Numbered from the stretch's first letter, positions 50,145-61,941 are shown. The stretch: DNA of 64,000 nt from Chloroflexota bacterium (GCA_025699005.1 JAILWI010000001.1:894486-958485), one strand, 5' to 3'. Notes: generated by a model from the letters alone, not told the origin. Numbers and translations: made by a program.

Positions 50145-51472
50145 CCGCCTCCCCGGCGCCGGCTCGGCTGCGCGCCGCGGCCACGCATCCCCACCGGCGC
50201 ACGGTGCTGCCCGGCGGGCTGCGGGTGGTGACCCAGGCGCTGCCGGGGGCTCGATCGGCGAGCATGGTGCTCATCGTTCCCGTCGGCTCGCGTCACGAGG
50301 ATGAGGCGCACGCCGGGCTGAGCCACCTGCTCGAGCACCTCGTCTTCAAGGGCACGCGCGGCTACCCGGAGGCGGGGACGCTGTCGCACGCGGTCGAGGG
50401 CATCGGCGGCAGCATCAACGCCAGCACCGACCGGGAGCTGACGGCGTACAGCGCCAAGGTGCCGGCCGAGCACGCCGCGGTCGGGCTCGAGGCCATCCGC
50501 GAGCTGGCGCTCCGTCCGCTGCTGCGCCGTCGCGACCTCGGGGCGGAGAAGCCGATCATCGTCGACGAGATCCGGATGTACGTGGACTCGCCGTCCGACC
50601 ACGTGTTCACGCTCTTCGACGAGATGCTCTACCCCGGCCACCCGCTTGGTCGGGAGATCGCGGGAACCATCGGCGCCGTTCGTCGGGCGACGCACCGCTC
50701 GGTCGTCGAGCATTGGCGCGGCGCCTATCGCAGCGGCGCCATGGTGCTCGCCGTGGCCGGGGCCATCGATCACGACGCGGTGGAGGCCGCGGCCGCCGAA
50801 TGGAGTTCCGAGGGGCCGGACGATCATCCCGGAAAGGTCGCGCCGCTGGCCGCCACGACGATGCCGCCGGTCGCCGCCGATGCCGGGACCGTGCGGATCG
50901 GCCGCCGCCGCCTGAGCCAGGCCAACCTGTGCCTGGGCATGCCGGGCGTGTCGCGCTCGGATCCGGACCGCTGGGCCCTCGACCTGCTCGGCGCGGTGCT
51001 CGGTGACGGGATGGGAAGCCGGCTCTTCCTCGACCTGCGGGAGCGGCGGTCCCTGGTCTACGACGTCTCCACCTTCAGCGCCACCTACGCGGACGTCGGG
51101 ACGTTCGGCGTCCATGCCGGCTTCGATCCCGAGGATGTCCAGCGCGTCGTGTCGGCCATCCTCGATCAGCTCGACCGCATCTGCAGCGAGCCGGTGACCA
51201 GCGCCGAGCTCGAGCGTGCCCGCGCGTACACCCGCGGCCGGCTGGAGCTTCGAATGGAGGACACGGGCGCCGTCGCCGGATGGCTGGGAATGGGGGAGAC
51301 GCTCCTGCCGCACATCCTCACCGTCGAGGAGGTCGTCGAGCGCCTCGAGGCGGTCTCGGTCGACGATCTCCAGCGGGTCGCGCAGCGCTACCTTGCCCCG
51401 GACGGCGCGCGGATGGCGCTGCTCGGTCCGTTCGGGCCGCGCTCCCGCATCGAGCGCCTCCTGCGCCGATGA
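50141..51472 (+). CDS. M16 family zinc metallopeptidase
   Basis: VGSRHE, HLLEHLVFKGT (HxxEH), NAST, GMGSRLF, LVYDV. Confidence 0.92.
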   Translation: MTASPAPARLRAAATHPHRRTVLPGGLRVVTQALPGARSASMVLIVPVGSRHEDEAHAGLSHLLEHLVFKGTRGYPEAGTLSHAVEGIGGSINASTDRELTAYSAKVPAEHAAVGLEAIRELALRPLLRRRDLGAEKPIIVDEIRMYVDSPSDHVFTLFDEMLYPGHPLGREIAGTIGAVRRATHRSVVEHWRGAYRSGAMVLAVAGAIDHDAVEAAAAEWSSEGPDDHPGKVAPLAATTMPPVAADAGTVRIGRRRLSQANLCLGMPGVSRSDPDRWALDLLGAVLGDGMGSRLFLDLRERRSLVYDVSTFSATYADVGTFGVHAGFDPEDVQRVVSAILDQLDRICSEPVTSAELERARAYTRGRLELRMEDTGAVAGWLGMGETLLPHILTVEEVVERLEAVSVDDLQRVAQRYLAPDGARMALLGPFGPRSRIERLLRR

Positions 51473-52437
51473 AGCGTCGGCGGACCCGAAAGCCAGCGCC
51501 CGAGTCGGGCCCGCCGGATCGCGACGATGGCGCGGCCGATGAACCGCAGCGCCCCGAGCCGGAGGTGGACGAGCCGCAAGCGGACGAGCCGGCTGCCGCC
51601 GAGCCCGTCGGCGAGCCGATCGCCGAGGACCAGCCCCCGGCCGAGCCGGCCGATGAGCCCGATGAGCATGTCATCGATCTGCTCGTGGACGAGATGGTGC
51701 TTGCCCGGGCGCAGATGGACGCCGGCCTGGCGAGCATGGCCGAAGGCACGCTCCGCCAGCGCATCGCGGTCCGCGAGGCCGACGAGCCGGGCGCCGACGA
51801 TGAGCTCGACGCGCTCCGCACGCTGCTCGCGGAGGCGCTGTGGCGCCAGGGCCGCGTCGCATCGGCACGCGCCGCGCTCGATGCGGTGCGTGCTGGAAGC
51901 CCGCAGCGACGCCTCCCGATCGCGGCGCTCATCGAGGCGGAGGCGTTGGCCGCGGCCGGCGAGCCCGACCGGGCGGCCGGTGCCGTGGAGCGCGTGGTGT
52001 CGGCGATCGGGGTCGACCAGGCTCACGAGCTGCGGACCGGCGTCGGTGGACGGGTGACGTGGCCGCTGCCGTCGGAGCTTCAGCCGGCGGTCGCACCCGC
52101 GCCGCGTCCGCCGTGGTCGAACCGGGGGGCCGCGCGCGTCGAGCCCGACGCCGCCTCACCATTGGGAGGCGAACGGACGGCGGCGGCGCGCCGCCTGTTG
52201 GAGGAGGCACGCGTCGCGTACGTGAGCGGTGACCTGGCGCGCGGTGACAGCGAGATGTCGATCGCGGTGCGTCTCGACCCGGCCCTCGCCACGGACGGCG
52301 TCGCGATCCTCGAGCCGACCCTCGGCGGTCAGCCCTCGCACGAGCGTCTGCTACTCTACGGCGACCTGCTGCGCGCCGCGGGGCGCCGGGTCGAGGCCAG
52401 CCAAGCCTACGATCGCGCCGCCGATCGCCGCAGCTGA
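51469..52437 (+). CDS. Hypothetical TPR-like helical protein with acidic N-terminal IDR
   Basis: LLAEALWRQGR, LYGDLLRAAGRRVEASQAY; ATGA overlap. Confidence 0.7.
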   Translation: MKRRRTRKPAPESGPPDRDDGAADEPQRPEPEVDEPQADEPAAAEPVGEPIAEDQPPAEPADEPDEHVIDLLVDEMVLARAQMDAGLASMAEGTLRQRIAVREADEPGADDELDALRTLLAEALWRQGRVASARAALDAVRAGSPQRRLPIAALIEAEALAAAGEPDRAAGAVERVVSAIGVDQAHELRTGVGGRVTWPLPSELQPAVAPAPRPPWSNRGAARVEPDAASPLGGERTAAARRLLEEARVAYVSGDLARGDSEMSIAVRLDPALATDGVAILEPTLGGQPSHERLLLYGDLLRAAGRRVEASQAYDRAADRRS

Positions 52438-52507
52438 GCTCTGAACCCCAGTCTGCCGTCGCATCGCGGCGGCCGCCGCCTCATCAGCAACAGGAGCCAC
52501 GCTCGCC

Positions 52508-52975
52508 ATGCAGCGCACCCTCGTCCTCGCCAAGCCCGACGCCGTCCAGCGCGGTCTGATCGGCGAGATCATCGGCCGGTTCGAGCGCAAGGGCCTCAAG
52601 GTCGTCGGCCTGCGTCTGCTGTCGGTCCCACGGCCGATGGCGGAGGAGCACTACGCCGTGCACGCCGGCAAGCACTTCTACGACGGACTCGTCGAGTTCA
52701 TCACCTCCGGCCCGGTGGCCGCCTTCGCGCTCGAGGGACCGGATGCCATCGCCGTGGTGCGGAAGATGGTCGGCAAGACGATGCCGAACGAGGCCGAGCC
52801 GGGAACCATCCGCGGTGACCTCGGCATCAGCGGCCTCCGCAACCTCATCCATGCCTCCGACGCGCCGGAGACGGCCGAGGCGGAGCTCAAGCTGTGGTTC
52901 GGCGAGGACGTGCTCGTGGACTACGAGCGCGAGATCGATGCCTGGATCGTCGCCGAGGAGCCGGCGCGCGCCTGA
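52508..52975 (+). CDS. ndk: Nucleoside diphosphate kinase
   Basis: KPDAVQRGLIGEII, PGTIRGD, NLIHASD. Confidence 0.97.
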   Translation: MQRTLVLAKPDAVQRGLIGEIIGRFERKGLKVVGLRLLSVPRPMAEEHYAVHAGKHFYDGLVEFITSGPVAAFALEGPDAIAVVRKMVGKTMPNEAEPGTIRGDLGISGLRNLIHASDAPETAEAELKLWFGEDVLVDYEREIDAWIVAEEPARA

Positions 52976-52978
52976 CCG

Positions 52979-53665
52979 CTAGGGGCCGGTGGCGGTCCCG
53001 GTCCCGAGCGCCGGGTAGGCCGGTCGCTCGATGAGGCCGATGCGCTCGAGCGGGAAGTAGCGCAGCCACGCCCGGCCGAGGATCGTGTCCTCCTCGATCG
53101 GCCCGAAGACGCGTGAGTCCTGGCTCGATGGCCGGTTGTCGCCCATCACGAAGTACTCGCCCTCGGCCACGATCCAGGTCAGCGGACAGTCCTGCCGCGG
53201 GCAGAGCGTCGCGGCGGTCGATCCATCGCCCTCGGTCACGACGTACGGTTCCTCGATGCGGACCGGGTTCTCGTCGGGCCGCGTGATGAACACCCGGCCG
53301 TTCTCGAGGCTCACGGTGTCACCCGGCATGCCGACGATGCGCTTGATGAACGGGATGCCCTGCGCGTCGAGGCCCGAGCCCGACGGCGGGTTGAAGACGA
53401 CCACGTCGCCGTACTCGTAGCCGCCGAAGCGGGGCGTCAGCTTGTCGATGAGGATGTACTCGCCGTCCACGATCGTCGGGAACATCGACCGCTGCTGGAC
53501 CTCGAACGGTTGCGCCACGAAGTTGTGGATCACGAGGTAGATGAGCAGCGTGAGGACGAGCGTCTCGACGACCTCGAAGGCGCAGCCGAGGGCACGACGC
53601 GAACCGGCGCGCTCGCTCTGCGCGGGCGCGCCGTCGGAATCGGATTCGTCGGGGAGGTAGGTCAT
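52979..53665 (-). CDS. lepB: Signal peptidase I
   Basis: SMFPT, GDVVVF, FIKRIVGMPGD, GDNRPSSQDSR. Confidence 0.95.
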   Translation of the reverse strand: MTYLPDESDSDGAPAQSERAGSRRALGCAFEVVETLVLTLLIYLVIHNFVAQPFEVQQRSMFPTIVDGEYILIDKLTPRFGGYEYGDVVVFNPPSGSGLDAQGIPFIKRIVGMPGDTVSLENGRVFITRPDENPVRIEEPYVVTEGDGSTAATLCPRQDCPLTWIVAEGEYFVMGDNRPSSQDSRVFGPIEEDTILGRAWLRYFPLERIGLIERPAYPALGTGTATGP

Positions 53666-53731
53666 CGGGCCTGGCTGCGGGTGGCGGCCGGCACAGGATA
53701 GCGCACCCGAGGGGCTAGACTCAGGGGGCCC

Positions 53732-54373
53732 ATGGGCAGCCTCATCCTCGTCCGACACGCCACCACCGAAGCCTCCGCCGCGGGTCGAAACCTCGGCCAG
53801 GCGAGCGATCCGCCGCTGGCCGATGCCGGCCACGAGCTCGCCGCGTCGCTCGGGCGCACGCTGGCCATGGAGCTCGCCGAGCTGCCGCACGACGAGATCC
53901 GCCTGCTCACCAGCCCCGCGCTCCGCTGCCGCCAGACGATGGCCTCCATCGTGGCCGGGCTCGAGCGCGATCCCGAGACGGTCGAGATCGAGCCGGGCCT
54001 GCTCGAGATCGAGTACGGCGCGTGGGAGGGCCTCACGCCCGACGAGGCGACCGCGCGCGACCCCGAGCTGCGTGCGGAGTGGGAGGACGACCCCTACACG
54101 ACGGCATGTCCGGGCGGCGAGAGCGGCGCCGACGTGGCGAAACGGGCGGCCGCGGTGCTCGATCCCGTCGAATCGTGGCTGGCCGAGGATCGCGCACGCT
54201 GCGCGGTGGCGGTGGCCCACAACCACGTCAACCGGGTCCGCATGTGCCGGTTGCTCGGCTGGCCGATGCGCGACTACCGGCGCCGGCTGGTCGCGGATCC
54301 GGGGGGCTACAGCCTCGTGACGTTCGGGCCGGGCGGACTCGTGGTTCGACGCTACAACGCGCCCGGAGCCTGA
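53732..54373 (+). CDS. Histidine phosphatase family protein
   Basis: LVRHA, SPALRCRQT, EIEYGAWEG, GGES, VAH. Confidence 0.9.
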   Translation: MGSLILVRHATTEASAAGRNLGQASDPPLADAGHELAASLGRTLAMELAELPHDEIRLLTSPALRCRQTMASIVAGLERDPETVEIEPGLLEIEYGAWEGLTPDEATARDPELRAEWEDDPYTTACPGGESGADVAKRAAAVLDPVESWLAEDRARCAVAVAHNHVNRVRMCRLLGWPMRDYRRRLVADPGGYSLVTFGPGGLVVRRYNAPGA

Positions 54374-54382
54374 CCGCGGGAC

Positions 54383-54449
54383 TGGCATGCCTCATGCGTA
54401 GGAGCGCTCGGACGCTCGCTTCTGCGGATCGGCGTCCGCTGCCTATACT
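54383..54449 (+). promoter_or_regulatory. Tandem rpoN promoters: sigma-54 -24/-12 and sigma-70 -10
   Basis: TGGCATGCCTCATGC at 54383-54397 (GG-N10-GC); TATACT at 54444-54449. Confidence 0.65.
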
Positions 54450-54487
54450 CTGAGGGCTCCCGAGCCACCGTCCCTGCGCGAGGTTCC

Positions 54488-55906
54488 ATGTCGATCGAGA
54501 TCAGCCAGCAGCTCCAGCCGACCCTGCAGGCCAAGGTCACTCCCAAGCAGATCGCGGCCAACTACATCCTCCAGATGAGCTCCGTCGAGCTCCAGGAAGC
54601 GATCGCGCAGGAGCTGGACGAGAACCCGGCCCTCGAGATGGAAGAGCTCCCCAGCTGCCCGATCTGCGGTCGGCCGGTGTCCGGCAACTACTGCACCGAC
54701 TGCATGCCGCGCAAGGGCGAGGGCGACAAGGACGACGGCCCGGGCCTCACGGCCGACGACCTGCCGGGCGATGGTCAGACCCGCCTCCGTGACGAGGCCG
54801 ACGAGTTCGACCCGATCGCGCGCGCCGAGGCCGATTTCACCCTCGAGGATCACCTCACCTGGAACCTCCACGCGCTCCTGCCCACGCGGCTTCATCCGGT
54901 CGCCGATCACGTGATCGGCGCGCTCGATTCGAACGGGTTCCTCACCGAGACCGATGCCGAGATTGCCGCCGAGACGGGCACGTCGATCGACGACGTCGAC
55001 CAGGTGCTGGCCGCCATGAAGGGCCTCGACCCGATCGGCATCGGCTCGCGCTCGATCACCGAGTCCCTGCTGGCACAGGTCGAATACCTCCGCGAGCAGT
55101 CCCACATCGAGGTACCGCCGTACGCCGAGGAGGTCATCGGCGAGCACCTGGCCGAGCTGGGCGAGCGACGCTTCCGCGAGGTCGCCGCCGCCGTGGGAGC
55201 CACGCAGCGCCAGGTGACCACCGTCTGGGAGTTCGTGAAGGCGAACCTCAATCCCTACCCGACGGCCGCCTTCACGGCAGCGGTGAGCGGCGACTCGTCG
55301 CGCTCGATCGTTCGGCCCGACGTCCTGATCCGCGATACCGATGGGGAGCTGACGGTCGAGGTCGTGGAGTCGCGACGCTTCAGCCTCCATGTCGCACCGA
55401 TCTACTCGAGCCTCTCGTCGAAGCTGCGCAGCGCCGAGACGACGGAGGACGAGAAGCAGCACGTCCGCCAGTACGTCGGACGCGCGAAGTTCTTCATCGA
55501 CAACATCAACCGTCGCCGCGCGACGATCCAGCGCATCGCGGAGTGCCTGGTCGAGCGCCAGCGCGACTACCTCCTCCACGGCGTGCAGCACCTCGTGCCG
55601 CTGACGCGCGCCGAGGTCGGGGAGATCATCGGCATGCACGAGTCGACGGTCAGCCGGGCGACCGCCGAGAAGTACGTCATGCTCCCGCGCGGCGAGGTCG
55701 TGCCGTTCAGCCACTTCTTCACGGCCTCACTCGGGATCAAGGACCAGATCAAGCGCATGATCGAGGCGGAGGACCCGCGACACCCGTACTCGGACCAGGA
55801 AATCGCCGATGCCCTGGCGGAGGAGGGAATCGCGCTGGCACGCCGGACCGTCGCGAAGTACCGGGACGAGCTCCAGATCCTTCCCGCCCGCCTGCGGCAT
55901 CGCTGA
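54488..55906 (+). CDS. rpoN: RNA polymerase sigma-54 factor with Cys4 insert
   Basis: ELDENPALE, LDSNGFL, LDPIGIG, PDV, GMHESTVSRAT, SDQEIA, RpoN box ARRTVAKYRD. Confidence 0.96.
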   Translation: MSIEISQQLQPTLQAKVTPKQIAANYILQMSSVELQEAIAQELDENPALEMEELPSCPICGRPVSGNYCTDCMPRKGEGDKDDGPGLTADDLPGDGQTRLRDEADEFDPIARAEADFTLEDHLTWNLHALLPTRLHPVADHVIGALDSNGFLTETDAEIAAETGTSIDDVDQVLAAMKGLDPIGIGSRSITESLLAQVEYLREQSHIEVPPYAEEVIGEHLAELGERRFREVAAAVGATQRQVTTVWEFVKANLNPYPTAAFTAAVSGDSSRSIVRPDVLIRDTDGELTVEVVESRRFSLHVAPIYSSLSSKLRSAETTEDEKQHVRQYVGRAKFFIDNINRRRATIQRIAECLVERQRDYLLHGVQHLVPLTRAEVGEIIGMHESTVSRATAEKYVMLPRGEVVPFSHFFTASLGIKDQIKRMIEAEDPRHPYSDQEIADALAEEGIALARRTVAKYRDELQILPARLRHR

Positions 55907-55925
55907 GCCGGGAGGTCGCCGCGCA

Positions 55926-57956
55926 ATGCGCGCCGTCGTCCTTCGCAGCCTTGCGGTCGTCGGCATCGGCGCGCTGATCCTGGCCGGCGTCCTCTATCTC
56001 GCGAGCACGGTCGACGGACGTGCACCGTCCGTCCTCGCCATCACGCTCACCCAGCCGCTCCCGGACGACCCCGAGGTCGGTCTGCCCACGACGAGCATCG
56101 AGATCGCCTTCACCGAGCCCGTCGACGAAGCCAGCGCCGAGGCCGCTCTCCGTATCGAGCCCGACGTCGCCGGCAGCGTGAGCTGGGGTGGGAGCGTCAT
56201 GCTCTTCACGCCGCGCGAGCCGCTCGAGCTCGCCTCGACGTACACCGTCACGATGCTCGAAGGGGTGCGCGATCCGGCCGGCAATCGCATGAGCGAGCTG
56301 CCCCCGCCGTTCACCTTCGCCACCACCGGCCCCCCGACCCTGGTCGAGTCGCTTCCCGAGGATGGTGCCGCCGGGGTCGCGCTCGACGAGCCGATCGCGC
56401 TTCGATTCTCCGGCCTCATGGACACCGCCTCGGTCGAGGCCGCGCTCGAGCTCCGGCCGTTCTTCCCGCACACGCTGCGGTGGTCGGGGCAGGTGCTCGA
56501 GATCCAGCCGACCGAGCCGCTGCGGGCGGACGCCGGGTACCGGGTCATGGTGAGGGCCGACGCCTTCGACGCCTCCGGAGTGTCGCTTGATGCCCCGATC
56601 CGGATCGCGTTCACCACCCTGGCTCCGGGACTCGATCCGGTCACCCTCGTGCCCGCCGACGGAACGGACGGGATCGCACGCACCACGCCGATTGCCGTGT
56701 TCTTCGAGCAGCCGATCGATCCGGACAGCGTGTCGCTCGACCTGATCTCGGTGACGCCCAACGTCTCGGGGTCGCTGGAGCTGCTCGACGAGCTCGGAGA
56801 GCCCGCGGCCACGGCCGACGACGGCGTGATCCTGCGCTTCACTCCGTCCGGTCCGCTGCCGGCGAACACGACCTTCGAGGTGCGGCTCGAGGGAGCGATC
56901 GCGGGCATCGACGGGGGAGGGCTGGCCGAACCGCTGACCTGGACCTTCACCACCGGCGCGCCCCAGACGGCGCTCACGAATCGCATCGCGTTCCTGTCCG
57001 AGCGGGGTGGCGTTGCGAACCTGTGGGCCATGAACGCCGATGGCACCGCCGCGCATCAGCTGTCCACCGAGCTCACCCCGGTCCTCGACTACGCGGTCGC
57101 GCCCGACGGCAGCTCGTTCGTGGTCGGCGACGGGCGCCGCCTCGTCATGCAGCAGGCCGACGGCTCGGACCGACGGGTACTGACCGACGACGGGTTCCTG
57201 GAGTTCGACCCGGCCTATGCGCCGAACGGCCAGGCGCTTGCGTTCGCCCGCGCCGATGCGACCGACGGGTCGGGACTCGGCATCTGGGAGCGGACGCTGC
57301 CCGGGGACTCGACGGTCGCGCTCGAGGTGCCGGAAGCGTGGGTCGCCGGCTCCGATGATGATCGGTCATTCCGCGCGCCCCGCTACGCCCCGGATGGCAG
57401 CGCGCTGGCATTCGTCGACCTCGCCGGATGGGTCGCGATCGTCCCGACCGACGGAGACGACGCCCTTCGGGTTCGCTACGCCGGCGAGACCCCGCCGCTG
57501 TGGCTGCCCGATTCCTCGGGCTTCCTGCTGGCGGGACGCCCCGTCGTGGGCAGCACCGGCTCCGGCGCGTTCTCCGCCCCGATCGACCCGCTGGCTCCCC
57601 GCCGCGGGGCGGCCGTGGTCGCACTGTCGGTCGACGGCGGGGAACCGGTGCCCGCGTCGTTCGGCGATGGCTCGGTGGCCCTCGCGGTCGGGCCCGCGGG
57701 CCGCATCGTGTTCCGCGATGCCGACGGAATCCTTCGCATCGCCGATGACACCGAGGATTCCGGCCGGCCGGTGGCACCAGCGACCGACGCCGTGAGCGAC
57801 GCCAGCTTCGCGCCTGCCGAGAACGCGCTCGTGGCCGTCGTCCCCGGCGGAACCGGCGCGTCCGAGATGGAGGGGGCACTGGTGAGAATCGACCTCGGCA
57901 CGGGCCGCCGCAACGTGCTCGCCAACGATGGCTGGCACCCACGCTGGCTGCCCTGA
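55926..57956 (+). CDS. Membrane-anchored protein with three SbsA/Big_5 Ig-like domains and a TolB-like propeller
   Basis: Repeated IxxxFxEP(V/M)D...FTPxxPL...YxV...FTT; IAFLSERGGVANLWAMNADG, APDG repeats. Confidence 0.82.
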   Translation: MRAVVLRSLAVVGIGALILAGVLYLASTVDGRAPSVLAITLTQPLPDDPEVGLPTTSIEIAFTEPVDEASAEAALRIEPDVAGSVSWGGSVMLFTPREPLELASTYTVTMLEGVRDPAGNRMSELPPPFTFATTGPPTLVESLPEDGAAGVALDEPIALRFSGLMDTASVEAALELRPFFPHTLRWSGQVLEIQPTEPLRADAGYRVMVRADAFDASGVSLDAPIRIAFTTLAPGLDPVTLVPADGTDGIARTTPIAVFFEQPIDPDSVSLDLISVTPNVSGSLELLDELGEPAATADDGVILRFTPSGPLPANTTFEVRLEGAIAGIDGGGLAEPLTWTFTTGAPQTALTNRIAFLSERGGVANLWAMNADGTAAHQLSTELTPVLDYAVAPDGSSFVVGDGRRLVMQQADGSDRRVLTDDGFLEFDPAYAPNGQALAFARADATDGSGLGIWERTLPGDSTVALEVPEAWVAGSDDDRSFRAPRYAPDGSALAFVDLAGWVAIVPTDGDDALRVRYAGETPPLWLPDSSGFLLAGRPVVGSTGSGAFSAPIDPLAPRRGAAVVALSVDGGEPVPASFGDGSVALAVGPAGRIVFRDADGILRIADDTEDSGRPVAPATDAVSDASFAPAENALVAVVPGGTGASEMEGALVRIDLGTGRRNVLANDGWHPRWLP

Positions 57957-58103
57957 TCGACAACGCTCGCGCCATGCTAGAATCCGGCCGCCGTCGCTGG
58001 CGGGGTACGTGACTGTGTCCTCCCGCCGGCGTTTCGTGTGCGTCTAGAAAACGGTCTGAGCGAGCCCGATTGAGCGTGGCCGCCGGCCATGCTCGGAGGA
58101 TTC

Positions 58104-60326
<2,223 letters not shown>

Positions 60327-60381
60327 AACTGCTGCCGGGCGTCGAGGATCGGCTATCCTCGGCGCCCCAGCGGAGCCTCCC

Positions 60382-61227
60382 GTGGACATCGTCATCCAGG
60401 CCGCCCTGGTCGGCCTTCTTCAGGGGCTGACCGAGTTCATCCCGATCAGCTCATCGGCGCACCTCGAGCTTGCTCCGTGGATCGCCGGCTGGGAGTCCGA
60501 CGGCCTCATCGGCAGCCTGGCGTTCGACGTCTTCCTCCACCTCGGGACGCTCGTCGCGCTGCTCGTCTATTTCGCCCGCGACTGGGTTCGCTTCGGGCGC
60601 GCCTGGTTCGCGAGCGTTCGCGAGCGGCGCATCGGCGACGACCCGGACCGCCGGCTGGCGTGGCTGCTCATCCTCGCCACGATCCCGGCCGCCATCATCG
60701 GCTTCGCGCTCGAAGGATTCATCGAGGAGGCGTTCCACGGTGACAACGACGGCGCGCGCCTGGCCATCGCCGGTTTCCTCGTGGTCGGCGCGGTCGCGCT
60801 CTACCTGGCCGATCGGTTCGGCGGACAGGAGCGGACGCTCGCCGACGTCCGCGCTCCCACGGCGCTCACCATCGGGCTGACTCAGGCGCTGGCCCTCTTC
60901 CCCGGCATCAGCCGCTCCGGGGCCACGATCACGGCTGGCCGCGCGCTGGGCCTCGGTCGCGAGGCAGCGGCGCGGTTCAGCTTCCTCCTCGCGACGCCGA
61001 TCACGCTGGGTGCCGGCCTCTACGGGTCCCGCAGGTTGCTGACGGAAACGCATACCGGCACCGAATGGCTGGCCATCGGCGTCGGATTCGCCGTCGCCGT
61101 CCTGTCGGGGCTGCTCGCCATCGGCTTCCTCCTGGCGTGGCTGCGTCGGCGTTCCCTGGCCGTATTCAGCCTGTACCGGGTGGCGTTCGCGGCGGTGATC
61201 GTGATCCTGGTGGTCGTCGGTCGCTGA
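60382..61227 (+). CDS. uppP: Undecaprenyl-diphosphate phosphatase
   Basis: QGLTEFIPISSSAH, LHLGT, PGISRSGATI, ARFSFLL. Confidence 0.96.
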   Translation: MDIVIQAALVGLLQGLTEFIPISSSAHLELAPWIAGWESDGLIGSLAFDVFLHLGTLVALLVYFARDWVRFGRAWFASVRERRIGDDPDRRLAWLLILATIPAAIIGFALEGFIEEAFHGDNDGARLAIAGFLVVGAVALYLADRFGGQERTLADVRAPTALTIGLTQALALFPGISRSGATITAGRALGLGREAAARFSFLLATPITLGAGLYGSRRLLTETHTGTEWLAIGVGFAVAVLSGLLAIGFLLAWLRRRSLAVFSLYRVAFAAVIVILVVVGR

Positions 61228-61261
61228 GGCCGCCCGGGCCAGTGGGGAAGGCGGGGCTCCT

Positions 61262-61290
61262 TTGACTTCGCAAGCTCGCGGACCTACAAT
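61262..61290 (+). promoter_or_regulatory. Near-consensus sigma-70 promoter of greA
   Basis: TTGACT-N17-TACAAT. Confidence 0.8.
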
Positions 61291-61341
61291 CTGGCCCGCC
61301 GCGGGCAGCGCCGGCGGCGCCTGGCCCATCGGGTACGGCCA

Positions 61342-61392
61342 GCTTCAGGAGACGCCGCCAACGCAGGGGCGGGGCCTGGAGCGTTTTTTGTT
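61342..61392 (+). terminator. Intrinsic terminator/attenuator in the greA leader
   Basis: gcttcagg...cctggagc stem followed by gttttttgtt. Confidence 0.7.
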
Positions 61393-61479
61393 ATCGGAGC
61401 AGCGGAACCTCGGCGGATCGAACCCAGATCCGGACGAGCCTCTCCCGGAGGGTCCGCAGGAGGACGAGGGGGCATCAGC

Positions 61480-61941
61480 ATGAACACCAAGCCTGTCTAC
61501 CTCACAGCGGAGGGTCTCGAGAAGCTCAAGGCTGAGCTCCACGAGCTCATCACCGTGGATCGGCCGCGCGTCGCCGCGCGCATCCACGAGGCGAAGCTCG
61601 ACGGCGATCTCTCCGAGAACGCCGAGTACGAGGACGCCAAGCAGGAGCAGTCGTTCCTCGAGGGACGCATCGCGACCCTCGAGCTCCAGCTTCGCAACGC
61701 CGCGGTCATCGAGAAGGCCAACGGCGACAGCGTCGGCATCGGTTCGAAGGTGGTGATCAAGGGCGCCGATGGCGAGGAGACCTTCACGATCGTCGGCTCC
61801 GCCGAGGCCGCCCCCCGTGATGGCCGCATCAGCAACGAGTCGCCGGTCGGTGCAGCCCTCATGGGCCACAAGAAGGGCGACACGGTCACCGTCCAGGCTC
61901 CGTCAGGGCCGATCGAGTACACGCTCGTTCGCATCGGCTGA
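61480..61941 (+). CDS. greA: Transcription elongation factor GreA
   Basis: LTAEG, GDLSENAEY, ISNESPVGAAL. Confidence 0.97.
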   Translation: MNTKPVYLTAEGLEKLKAELHELITVDRPRVAARIHEAKLDGDLSENAEYEDAKQEQSFLEGRIATLELQLRNAAVIEKANGDSVGIGSKVVIKGADGEETFTIVGSAEAAPRDGRISNESPVGAALMGHKKGDTVTVQAPSGPIEYTLVRIG

